Position numbers and translations under genes: made by a program. DNA of 64,000 bases from Eledone cirrhosa. Its lineage: Eukaryota. Where the stretch lies: assembly GCA_964016885.1 (NCBI GenBank), contig OZ024743.1, positions 280,178,001 through 280,242,000 on the forward strand. The letters are read 5' to 3'. The notes beneath the pieces are model-generated. The model searched no databases. It was not told where the DNA came from and saw only the letters and a list, made by a program, of their open reading frames with translations. This document shows, piece by piece, positions 12,552 to 25,227 of this stretch (positions are counted from its first letter, which is position 1; each line of letters starts with the position of its first letter).

Positions 12552-14934
12552 ACACACACACTCATACACACTCATACACACACATGTGCCTTAGAAGTCT
12601 CCTAGGCATAAGAATTATTTGGAAATAGGCGTCAGTCGATATATACACAGCAAAAAGTAAATTATGACTGATACAAAACCCTCAGGGAGACTACCCATTT
12701 TTTTTTTAATTTTACGTATTTATTTATTTTTACCTTTGGTGGGAGGAGAGCTTTTTTTGGAGTCAGGGAAATACCTCTTCCCCGACCAGTTGGGTGCGCT
12801 ACGGGGGATTAATGTAGACAAATTGATGCATTTATTTCGTATATGTATGCAAATGTATATCTTTATATATATATACTTATATACATATAATTGAAGTCGA
12901 TGTTCCTGTTGCCTTTGTTATTGCTGTTGTTGTTGTTGCTGCTGCTTCTGCTGCTGCTGCTGTTGCTGCTCTCGTCATCATAGTCGTCATTATTACCATC
13001 ACGATAATCATCAGCATCATCACTATCATCAACACAACTATCATTGTTACATTCATCACAATCACCATCATCATCATTTCAATCATCACCCCTATCACCA
13101 TCAACATTACCGTCATCAGTGCTACCACCACCATCATCACCACTACTACTACTACTACACATTTTTTGCCCTAATTATGTTCCTATTCAGGCGAATTACC
13201 TCATCCAGACGTTCTGCCTGAAGTCCTTTGTAATTATTTTATATATATTAGTTAATATTATATATAAACTTTCTTTTTTGCTTTCTATGTTTAGCAAAAC
13301 AAACAACAAACAAATTTATAAATGACTATGTGAAGCAGATATATAAGTCCTTAAGGTGAGATGAAAGAAGACTGGAAGTTGTGGCGTGCATTTCTTTCTC
13401 TAGGACTTCTTGGTAATATCTCTTTCTGTTTTTTGTTGAAAACGTGAGATTTTTTTGTCAGTTTCGTCGTGAAACTTTCATCACAGCACAATGGAAAAAG
13501 AACCTTGAAAAAAGAACCTCCGTCGGTTTCGACGATGTGCGTTCCAGTTATTGCTTCAATAGAATAGCCCATTCGTTAAATTAACGTGTGTAAGAAATAT
13601 CTACAGGCACGTGTACTTTTAACTTAATTTTCATGGATATTCCGCGCGCCACTGTGTGTTATAAACCTTGACCTTTGATTTATTGTCATGGTGTATTTGG
13701 CAGACTTCTAAATTGCTTCAGAGTAGCTAATTTCACTCACAAGGTTTGGTTTCCTCAGTAAGAGCAGCCCAAGAGGCTATGCTCTGGGATTGAACCTACA
13801 CAATCGCGAGTCCAAGTACTTACCCACTCAGGCGTGTTGCTTTTAAAGTAGTGTATTTATTTAAACGTTAAACTACAATTTCGATAAGTGAAAGACGGAA
13901 GAGTTCTCAATTGCGAAGTAATTTGATGTCGCTTATTAGTGAAATATTTTACGAATACGAATTTCAGCTTTAATGTAGAGTGTCTTTTGCATTGCTATTT
14001 ATATTATATCAGGGTTTATATGAGCATGCTGAATAAAATGTCACTTATGGAATATATATTTCACTGAATCTGACGATATTAAGGTGTCGGTGAAGAGCAA
14101 CGCGTGACAAACATGGGAGTGGTTTGAGGATGCGGGGAGCAAGCGAGGGAAAACCTGGAAAATCACAAAGGGAAATAGGAAAAAAATGTGAATGATATGC
14201 TGGTAGTAGGTGTACAGTTATATGTATTCATGTGTACGTGAATATGTATGTATACACATGTTTGCTGGAAGAAGAAATTTGGAGATCTATAGAAAGAAAA
14301 TGCTCGAAGAGTAGAATTTGCCAAAAAAATAAAAAAATTTGGAGAAAAAATGGAAAGTGTAAATGAAGAAAAACTGGAAGACTTACAAACACAGAGGATT
14401 TGAGACAATTAGCATTCGCGAAATATAGGCGACAATGGAATATTTTGCAGTAAGGATAGAGAATAGAGTGGACAAATGCAGTCTGAGAACAGGGAAATAT
14501 AGAAATAGTGACATTGAAAGGAGAAGATATTTATATGAGAAACCAGGTCAAAATGAGAGAGAAGACGAAAAGGAAGAAAAAAGATTCCTCTGTCACCATA
14601 ATTCCATTCATATTAGGATGTATTACTTGAATGTAAATCGAACGTAGTAAATAACTGGTTTGTTATTTTATCCCCCACAGAAGGAAGAACGGCAAGATTG
14701 ACTGGGATTTGAATTCGGTAAGTAAAGGGCTATAACTCATTACCAGCAAGCATATTGCTTGCCAATACTGTTCTGCTAATTTACAATCTTTAACTTCTAG
14801 CATATGATCAGTTTAATATCAATGAATGCCCGGTCCCCACATTTTCTCACACTCTTCAATATGTACACACATGTATACATGTATATACAGACATATACAT
14901 AAACACATACGCGTGTGTATAAAATAATATACCT

Positions 14935-16210
14935 TATCAAACGCATGAGGTCTAAGGCCTTTTTTCTACGATACCAAACATATCAGCCTACGCCGTGAGT
15001 AAACACAAGAAATTAAATAACGAAATAAAACACCAAAAATCAAGGTAGTGGAAGGATTCAAAGATTACCTACTAAATCCAACGCTACAATTTTGAAAATC
15101 CTTTAATGCTTTTAGAAGCATGATGTAAACGACATTCGCTGTATAAAATCATCAGAAAAAGCCGTCATTTTCAAACAAAACTAAAATTATTTGGTAAGAG
15201 GATAGCAGCACCTTCACCCATTTACTGAAAAATAGCATTACTAACAATCATATGAGAAATGAGTCGAGCACCTACAAAAATATGAACACTGAAGCGTAGT
15301 AAATAGCACCTAATCGAAAGTTAGATGTTAGAACAAAGATGCTACCCAAGCGAAATGCATTTGTCACCATTAAGAACTACAAAAATCATAAATCGGCATG
15401 GTTAGCAAAAGCATTTTAAAGAACATTAATATCAACATTAACAAGACCAGCGACCTAGAGCACTGGACAAAACCTTCCAGCTACAGAGACCTCTTAGATA
15501 GAGCCCTGGATTTCGCCAATAGAATCTACCCTATAGATAGTGAAGAACGTAAGATTATAATGTACGTCAGGAGAACGCTGTTCTTCAGCGAGTGCAAAGA
15601 ATGGATTAAAAAGACCGACACACGTCGGCGTTAGCATGGGTTCGCTTCACGGAGCGGACGTATGCGATTTGGTTGTCTTATATATACTGAATACTCTAGG
15701 CGTACTTTAACCAACCATAAGCTTCAATCTATACATAGACAACGCCATGGCAATAGCCAGTAATATGAACAAATATACACAAGACAAGATATTAAACAAA
15801 CCTTTATAAATCTTTAAAATTCCTATTATCACTAACCAGACCAATGTAAATTTTCTAGGTGTAATCCTACACCTAACGAACAACAAACACAAACCTTATA
15901 CAAAACCAAATAACAGGTTGTCTTACATAAACATTGAATCTCGCCACCCATCAATAGTATCGACAATCTAGTCAAAAACACAAGTAGAAAAATGTCAGGC
16001 ATATCATCTAGCCGATATATATTTAAAAAAGCAGACCCTCTACGACGATGCTTTTGAAGCAATAACTTTTAAAGAGAAATTTAGCTACATCACTAGACAA
16101 ACAAAACAAAAGAGAAATAAAAGCCGAAATAGTAACAGGATCGTGCCACTCTTCTCAGTAAATGTCTAAACCAACATCGGCAAAACATACTCATCTCTAA
16201 TAAGCAAACA
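14935..16210 (+). pseudogene. Decayed Penelope-like element reverse transcriptase (resembles Naiad-type PLEs)
   Basis: Fragments IKRMRSKAFF, MVSKSILKNIN, LLDRALDFA..IIMYVRRTLFF..WIKK, MGSLHGADVCDLVVLYILN, LYIDN and TNIGKTYSSLISKHF; many stops, frameshifts and deletions. Confidence 0.8.
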
Positions 16211-16239
16211 CTTCTCCTCTTAATATATATATATATGAA

Positions 16240-16555
16240 TGGGCCCATAACTTCTGATTTAATCGTAGGGGTGCCAAATTTCCACACTGCGTTTTTTGGG
16301 GGCATCTTTATATGCATCTCATCTCCAGGGCTGAGTAGAAATTATTTCTTTCAGAGAAGGATAGAGAGTACGAGAAAGGAATTGAGAAGGACATATAGAA
16401 GAAGAATGGAACCCAGTACTAGTCTGGTACATTTTATCGACCTCGAAAGGCAAAACTGGCCACGACGGTATTTAAACTCAGATCGCAGTGAGCCGGATCG
16501 AATACGGTAAAGCATTCTATCCAGCGTTCTAAGGACTCTGCCAATTCACCACATT
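16240..16555 (-). mobile_element. SINE with family A head and an alternative long 3' tail
   Basis: Head and core match family A; tail (ctatccttctctg..agaaa..cctggaga..atgccc) is shared with 19585-19922. Confidence 0.7.
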
Positions 16556-16825
16556 GCTAGCCATATATAAAAGAAGCTATTTAACAATGGAATGGCCTCC
16601 GGGGAAATGCCTTCTCCATTCTGTCTGCCGGGGCTGAGGGGAGCCAGCACATGGGACCCCATTTGCTCACCATACAGAGAGATGGGGAGGCCGAGAGAGA
16701 TGGAGGCGATGACAGTGGGAGTTCGGCTTTTCCACGTTCGGACCATATCCTTGTGGTTGTCTTTATTATCTATATAGAAAATTATTTATTTCCCGCAATA
16801 CAACAGATACCACCATCACAATAAT

Positions 16826-16880
16826 GATTTCATTTATTGGACACAAGGGACGCCATGTAGGGGACAATACAAAGACACGG
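16826..16880 (-). mobile_element. 3'-terminal fragment of a Tx1-like LINE subfamily
   Basis: Minus strand ctttgtattgtcccc..cccttgtgtccaataaatgaaatcattatt resembles the 3' end of 47927-51203. Confidence 0.6.
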
Positions 16881-16934
16881 ATTTATTTCTATAAGTACAA
16901 CAACAGCCCACCGCCGCAACTACCACCATCACCA

Positions 16935-17180
16935 TCTACATAGTTTAGCTCCATGCCTGACGTCAAAAGTACAGTAACCAACAAACTTCCACAAATGTAG
17001 GATCAGAGATACATTCCCACTAGATGAGGTCTAAATGAGACAACAATCAAAGCAACACATCTACACCACCAGGCTCAAGGGATATGTCTGCCCCACAGAG
17101 AAGTAGTTCAGAAAATACTATAGTAACAGAAAAGGAAATCAACTAAACTTTTCAGTTACGCCTGGGAATTGAATGAGGGC
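16935..17180 (+). pseudogene. Continuation of the 14935 PLE (linker and GIY-YIG region), decayed
   Basis: FSSMPDVKSTVT, CRIRDTFPLD and STKLFSYAWEL resemble the YSCMPN, CNCR..CPL and STxLSxYIWEL motifs of PLE C-termini. Confidence 0.6.
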
Positions 17181-17227
17181 TCTGAGGAATACAACATAAG
17201 TTAGAAAGATGCAGATTCCATAATAAT

Positions 17228-17372
17228 GATTTCTACTATAGGCACAAGGCCAGCAATTGAGGCGAGGGGAAAGTCGACCCCAGTGCGTGACGTACTTTAT
17301 TTTATCGACCCCGTAAGGATGAATGGCAAAGCGAATCTCGGCGGGATTTGAACTCAGAACATAAAGGGACGT
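17228..17372 (-). mobile_element. SINE family A, 5'-truncated
   Basis: Reverse complement of tail, core and B-box. Confidence 0.85.
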
Positions 17373-17562
17373 AACTTTATGCCGCGAAACAATCGCCACC
17401 GATGAATGCGAGAAAGTTCTCCAAGAAAGTTGACCAGGAATCTTTAAAATTCTTCCCACCGAAGTTAACAAAGAAGTTACAAGATCTACCAACTAATATA
17501 ATATTATAAAATTAAATCAAATTATTTAGAACTACAAGTGAAGTCATTCTTTTCCCTTTTTT

Positions 17563-17629
<67 letters not shown>

Positions 17630-17631
<2 letters not shown>

Positions 17632-17707
17632 GCTGGAGGTTGATAGCACAAGTGAGATTAATCTGCAACGATTAATCGGATCCCAGCATGAAACTCTGAG
17701 TACCGGC
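17630..17707 (+). ncRNA. 3' half of a hammerhead ribozyme downstream of the PLE
   Basis: atgctgg...ccagcat-GAAA-ctc(t)gag-TA; the CUGANGA box is replaced by (TA)n. Confidence 0.5.
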
Positions 17708-18014
17708 GAAAACATGTTTAGTTGGCATATAAGAAATATAGAGTATAATGTATAAAGCATAATGTACCTCTATATTTATATATCGAAGGATCATTCTTTT
17801 GTCATTACAATTCTAATACAGATGACTATATAAACATATATTTCTTCATTGTACTGTGTCGTTTGGTTTGATATATCTGTTTTCTTTTTATATACACACA
17901 CCCACATGTATATATATATACAAGCATACATATAAATGTTTTTATATATAATTATAGATAGTTATCGATGTTTATATTTGAATATAATATATATATGTAT
18001 ATATATATATATAT

Positions 18015-18643
18015 TTGCCTTTCATCCTTACGGGGTCGATAAAATAAAGTACCAGTAATGTACTGAGTAATTGCTGGCCTGTGCCTAAAGTAGAAACAAT
18101 TATATTATATTATGGTGGATTGGCAGTATCGGTAGAGGGTCGGACGCCTTGCTTTGCAGCATAGAGTTACGGCCCTTTATGGTCTGAGTTCAAATCCCGT
18201 CGAGGTTAACTTTGCCTTTCATCCTTACGGGGTCGATAAAATAAAGTACCAGTAATGTACTGGATAATTGCTGGCCTTGTGCCAAAAGTAGAAACAATTA
18301 TATTATACATATACAATATTTGTGTTTTGTGTTTCTATTTTAGGCACAAGGCCAGCAACATTACTGGTACTTTATTTTATCGACCCCGTAAGGATGTTGA
18401 CCTCGGCGGGATTTGAACTCAGACCGTAAAGGGACGTTTATGTGTGAAATAATTGTTTCTACTAAATAATTGTTTCTACTGTTGGCACAAGGCCAGCAAT
18501 TACTCAGTACATTACTGGTACTTTATTTTATCGACCCCGTAAGGCTGAAAGGCAAAGTTAACCTCGGCGGGATTTGAACTCAGATCGTAAAGGGACGTAA
18601 CTATGCTGCAAAGCATGGCGTCCGTCTCTCTTCCGATACTGCC
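18015..18643. mobile_element. Cluster of four SINE family A copies (+,+,-,-)
   Basis: Copies at about 18015-18100 (+), 18113-18297 (+), 18341-18438 (-) and 18474-18643 (-). Confidence 0.9.
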
Positions 18644-19151
18644 ACTAAATAATGTGTTTATATTGTTTTCGTATTTTGTCTATGTATGTTTTTTCTGTTT
18701 ATAGCTAGATAACTGCAAACACTGTTCCCCTCTCTCTCTCTCCCTCTATCTCACACACACACGCACACACATATATACACACCTGCACAACGGTAAATCG
18801 CCCACACTATACATACGAATGAAACATAACATTTTAAGGATGGAGACGAGACGAAGGGATGATCGAGGGAGCTTTGTTCAATATCTCCTAATTAGTAACA
18901 AATAACCTTGTGTTGCTTCTACAGGAAAAGCTGAAAACATTAAATTTCAGATTCGACTGAAAACTTGTCCACAACTCAGCAGTAGAAGAAATTCTTGAAC
19001 AAAAATCTTTTAATGATATTTACAAAATAACTTCGCAAAACCAACCCCCACCAACGCCCCTCTACGTGTGTGTGCCTCTCTCTCTCTCTCTCTCACTCTC
19101 ACTCTCACTCTCTCTCTCTCTCTCTCTGTTCATCTCTTTCTCTCTCTCTCA

Positions 19152-19203
<52 letters not shown>

Positions 19204-19584
19204 GTCTATCTATCTATCTATCTATCTATCTATATCTATCTCTATCTGTCTGTCTCAGTCATCTGTAGTACTGCTGTCATTTTATGAAACCTGCTGAATT
19301 CAACCGACGTAGTAAATGTCTTTGCATAAGTGTAAACAAGTTTACAAAATTGTTGCTACCTCAAACAAACAAAAATATATATTATTTTTTTTTTTAAAGT
19401 AATTCAAGTTTTACTGAGTAAAATCCTATGAATTGTAAACATTAAATTCTAATAAACAAATATAAATAAAATTGAAGTGGAAACGCGGCTTCACTATCAT
19501 CTCTTTGTCTAACTTTTCTTTTAAAAACAGTAGTTTTGAAAATATTTTTAATAACATAGGATACCATACTTGAGAAGATAAAGT

Positions 19585-19922
19585 ATGTATGTATAGTCGG
19601 GTACTCCTGATAGAGTCGTGGGGATGCCGTATTGACATACGGTGTTTCTTGGGCATTTTAAGCCTGGTGCAGCCTATTCCTCTCCAGGCCTGAGAACAGC
19701 AGATTTCTTCCAGAGAAGGATAGTATGTGAGAGAGAGAAAATGAGAAAGAGATATAGAGGAATAACCGACCACAGTACTAGACTGGTACTTTTTTTCTCG
19801 ACCTCGAAAGGATGAAAGGCAAAGTTGACCTCGGCGGGATTTGAACTCAGAGAGCAGAGAGTCGGAACGAATACCATAAAGCTTTCTATCCGACGTTCTA
19901 AGAACTCTGCCAATTGGCCGCC
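19585..19922 (-). mobile_element. SINE with family A head and alternative long tail
   Basis: Head ggcggccaattggcagag and core intact; tail homologous to 16240-16420. Confidence 0.75.
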
Positions 19923-20554
19923 AAATAACTAAGATATGTTTCCCTTTAGGGTGTGAATTTTAATAAGGACTATGAAAAATCGAATAAAAATATATAAAGA
20001 AAGAAATATTTCCACGGGGATATGAAAATGGCGACATCACGCAATCGCAACAAATTTGATGGCGATGCATTTACGCAACAAAACCCCGTATAACATTATA
20101 GACGCTTAAATAGGCTGAAATTTAGTGAGTCAAGAAAGGTTGGTGAAATTTACCGGACTGCCAGTGAGTAAATGCAAACAAATGCCTTCGGATTTGTTCC
20201 ACCGGACATTTAACCAGGCAGACAGGGGTGCAGTTTTATTAATAACCAGACTATACCAAAATTATAACCGATGTCGCGTGAAATATATTTGAATAGTACG
20301 ACTGAACAGATAATTCAAATTAAACTGAATTACAATTCTTTATTACAGCAGCCTTTTACCCTTTAGTTTGCAGAGTTGTATAACATTGGACTGAACTCTA
20401 AACCAGTGCTGCGGAAAGAGCATTGCTAAACACATTTTATGTTCAAGCCTCATAGAATGTTGCGCGACTCCAGATTTCCTTTCACTGACTGACCTGCTAA
20501 ATGTGACCATCTAAACTAATAGCTGCTATAACTGTACCGAAATGTTATGCCAGA

Positions 20555-20976
20555 TCATCGTCAACCTTATCCACCTCCTTCTCCTTATCCTCATCCTCAT
20601 CCTCATCCTCGTTTACTCACTCCTCCTCTTCCTCCTCCTTCTGCTCCTCCACCACATCATCAACATCATCATCATCATCATAACCAACGACTTCATCGTC
20701 AACATTATCATCATTGCTACTACAAACACCACCATAAAAGCAACAACCATCTTCCCCATCAACACCAACATCGTCGACGATGTCGTTGTCGTCATGAACT
20801 CTACCACCACTACCACCACCACCACCACCAACACTTCTATCACTACCACCAAAACCACAACAACAACCATCATTATCAACACTCACATCACCACAACCAC
20901 CGTCATCATCATCATTACCACCTCCACCATCACCGTTAACATCATCATTGCCACCTCCACCGCCATCGTCATCTTC

Positions 20977-21008
<32 letters not shown>

Positions 21009-21110
21009 CCTCATCCTCCTCATCATCATCAACATCATCATCAACATCATCACCAGCATCATCATCACCATCATCACGATCATCATCGTCCTCATCATCA
21101 TAATCATAAT

Positions 21111-21151
<41 letters not shown>

Positions 21152-21540
21152 CCATCACCATCATCATCATCATCATCATCACCATGATCATCATCACCAT
21201 GATCATCATCACCACCACCATCATCATCATCATCATCGTCGTCATTGTCACCTCCACTACCACCACCATCACCACCATCATCATCATCGTCGTCCTCATT
21301 GTCACCTCCACTACCATTACCATCATCATCATCATCGTCGTCATCACCATCATCACCATCATCATCGTCATCATCACCATCATCACCATCATCAACATCA
21401 TCAACATCATCAACATCATCATCAACATCATCACCATCATCAACATCATCAACAACATCATCGTCATCATCACCATCATCGTTATCACCATCATCACCAT
21501 CATCATTATCATCATCATCATCATCGTCATCATCATCTGC
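20555..21540. repeat. About 1 kb degenerate (CAT/CAC)n trinucleotide tract
   Basis: Direct observation; open in several frames on both strands. Confidence 0.95.
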
Positions 21541-21827
21541 TGTTACGTCATGGTACATTATCTTTGCTGGAATGTTCCGTGCAACGAGAGGTAAAGTGTG
21601 AAGGTATGACCAAGAAACATGCACTTCACCGGCCTCACAATCTGTAGGGATTTGTGGTGCTGGGTGAGAGGTGTGTTGGTCAGTAAGGGGAGAGTACTCT
21701 TTACAAAACTTCCCTGCTCCACGGTCTCATACCACTACACTACCATGCTGCTTTGCATCGTGTTAAGTACATCGTGTAACTGTTATTGATGCTGCTGTTA
21801 TCGTTAATGATGATGATGATGCCCGTT

Positions 21828-21859
<32 letters not shown>

Positions 21860-22153
21860 GATGATGTTGTTGTTACGCCTGTTGGTCTGTTTGTAGTGGT
21901 GGTGGTGGTGGTGGTGGTGGTAGTTGTGATGGAATTGCTTGATGGTAGTGGTGGAGTTGGTTGATGGTGGTGGTGGTGGTCGTGGTGGTGGTATTGGTGC
22001 TGCTCTTGTTGCTATTGCAGACGTTGTTGATACGGAATGACAAATTTAGGAACAATTTAATGTTCCATAAGAGGAAATTACGTGATATCTGACCTACCCA
22101 CCGCCACACTCTGCATCTGTTCTTCTCAATATTTTATTTAAAATGTTCTAACA

Positions 22154-22255
<102 letters not shown>

Positions 22256-23014
22256 TGCACACGCACATATAATCTCTCACCATTTCACTGTTCGCCTTCC
22301 TCATCTTAAAATGAAAAAATGTATTTTGAATTAGAAAGTTTGTCTATTACTGTTTACACAATTATATAGAATGTTCCCCCTTCCCTAACCCTTACCCTTT
22401 TTAAGCCTTCTCTTTTTTTTTCTTTTCCTCTCTCCATATTTAATATTTGATATTTTTTTCAACACTGTCATTATTGTGTATCTATTCAAATAAAGTTATA
22501 TTTCAAATAATTGTTTTTATACTGCTGGAGCGGCAACATAGAGGTTTTGTTATTCCTTGGTTTATGATAGATGTCGGTTATATGTAATGGTGAAGTGTTG
22601 ATTTTTAATTTAATCGCAAGACCATCAATTATGTAGGAAGGACAAAGTTGATTAAATCAGTCTCAGTACTTGACTGGTACTTAATTTTGTCAACTTTGGC
22701 CTTCCCGGAAATTTGCTGACCTTGTGCCTGAATTTGAAATCAATATTTTATCATCACGTATAGCCTCACAGCCATAGTGAGTTTTATAGTTACAATCAAG
22801 ATGTATCAGTCTGAGAAACCGTATGTAAGGTAACCAGCATAGAAAACACCTACACTGAATCTTATTGTGATTTCAAAAGGTTTTTTACTTTGGCACCCTC
22901 ACGAGTATTCTGTATGCAACGTGTACTGAATACACGTGTGTGTGCCTTTGTGTGCATATATGTATGTGCCTGCATGTGTATGAGTGAGAGAAGGGTGTGA
23001 GGGGGAGAGAGAGT

Positions 23015-23045
<31 letters not shown>

Positions 23046-24200
23046 GGGCTGTGTGTGTGGTTCAGACGTGTTCCTTCTTTTACTTGAATGATTCCGGATA
23101 TTCTTTCAGTACAATTGTGTGCTTGTTTGTGCAATTTCGTGTGCATGCGTGCATGTTCATATATGTGCATGTGTTAACACTTTTTTGTATTCTTGTTCAT
23201 TATATACTTTTGGTCTTTTCTGGTGAGAAGGAAGGCTTCGCTATTTTGCAGCAATAAAAAATTCCTTCGGTCACAGCTTTGAGTCATGCACTTTCTCATT
23301 AATGTTTTGTTGTGTTTTGGATTTTTTTCCACTTCACCTTTGTTCGGGTTTATCAGAACTCGGTCATATAGGGACATTTCTTGCAATTGTTTTCACATGA
23401 CATTCCTTAGTTCCATTTCCAATATAGTTTTAAATAAATAAAGAAACAATCGTTTAAGAAGCGTTGTGAAAATTTGAATATTGAAAATATGTTAGCTTAT
23501 AGTAAGTGTGTGACTGTATTATAGTGGAAATAGATGCGCATATAAAAGACGGAAAAAGTGGACAGTGTCGCTTGCTGGAGGCGAACGTATAACACCCCCA
23601 TGTTGGACGACTGGGTTACCATTACCTTGTATCCTTTTGCCGTTTCTAAGGGTTTATATACATAACTTATTCCACTGTTTCATAGTCAAACCTGCGTTTT
23701 AGCTGCTTTCTATAAACCAACATACATTTAAAATTGGTTTTTAGGGATTGAAGGTTTCTATTGTTTTCCCCTTTCACCTCCCAGCTGTCTGTGTCTGTTA
23801 CAACATCCACTCTTTAATAATTGTCAGCTTTCTTGACGAGAGCAAAACACTTCTTTTATTATTTAGTTCATGCTTTCTAGCCATTTGACATGGCTTCCTT
23901 TATTCTTCATTGGGTATTTTACTTGACATGTTCACGTACCCGTTTGTTATTCGTGCTATCTTAATCGTTGCAAATGTTTCTAGAATCTACGGGTGCGGAA
24001 CACCGACAAAAGGTTTCTGGCGGTTAAATCATGCCATACGTTCATAAACAACAACCCCTTACTCTCCGCCTATAGTCTTTGGTTATAGCTTTGTTGATCA
24101 GTGATTGATATTTAAAACACCCATATACACAGATTATACACTTATATATTGTGTGTGCGTGTGTGTTTGTTTATATGAATGTGTAAATATATACACATGT

Positions 24201-24256
<56 letters not shown>

Positions 24257-24369
24257 GCATACATACATACTTATATAATACATGCATACACGCTTACATG
24301 CATACATACATATATACATCCATATATACATGCATGCATACATACATATATACAGACAGACAGACATCT

Positions 24370-25227
24370 GAGCCATTGATGTTAAACTCAGCTATTTCGG
24401 ATAACGTGAAAGTCAACATGGTAATTGTGGGCTTAGTAAAAGTGATGAAGTATGTGTCCTACATGTGCGATCCTAAGGAATTAGAGAGACACATACAACA
24501 CTTTATCCACTACTTGCTGTTCTCTGGCTACAATCAGAGAGAAAGGATCAGGTTGTATAAAGGAACGAGGGCCAAATGAGGGAATATTATAGAAAATGAT
24601 GCGAATTGGACTTGCCCTATGCATAGGAGTAAATTTTGGAATGGAATAGAGAGAAATAAGGAGACAAATATGATCAACTCTTGGTATGATGGTAAATAAT
24701 ATCAGACTGTAATGTTCGAGGCGAACTAGCATACAGATTTAGAAGGGCCCTAGACAAATTAAAATTAAGTATTAAGATAGCAGAAAACCAGGTATTCCTA
24801 TAAAATCCGTGATTAGTAGAACATAAGCTTTTCAAAAAAAGCCCTGCACTGATAAAAAAAATATACAGTATGCAGATTAAGCCCACAAATTTACTGTAAA
24901 ACTAGAAACGTAGTATATGACATAAGATGTACGGAGGAAGAGTATAGGGATAGGGCGACAACTTACATAGGTGAGACAGCCTGTAGCATAGGAGAAGTGC
25001 GAACAGAATACTGGCGAGAACTCAAAGATGGGAAACACTCATCAGTACTCCACCAAAATACCAGAATGGAACATAGGGGCACATTAGAGATTATCGAGAT
25101 AAAAATGATATTCACACACAGAACATTCTCAATTCTCCGACAGATTACAGAAGCTACAAACATAAATGAATTCCAACCTAAACTAAACAGAAAACATGAG
25201 TGGAATAGCAACAACCTCACAACTTAG
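24370..25227 (+). pseudogene. 3' part of a Penelope-like element (RT C-terminus and GIY-YIG endonuclease)
   Basis: [22 protein letters not shown], then RNVVYDIRC..TTYIGETACSIGEVRTEYW..SVLHQ..RQITEATNI..PKLNRKHEW, with GIY-YIG-type VVY/YIG and E..LN motifs. Confidence 0.85.

Noticed and set aside
20542-21624. Poly-Ile, poly-Asp and poly-His ORFs of 130-350 aa
   Set aside because: (CAT)n tract open on both strands; no splice or domain evidence.
23400-24100. Possible GIY-YIG remnant (KRVREHV) on the minus strand
   Set aside because: Single short motif with no supporting context.
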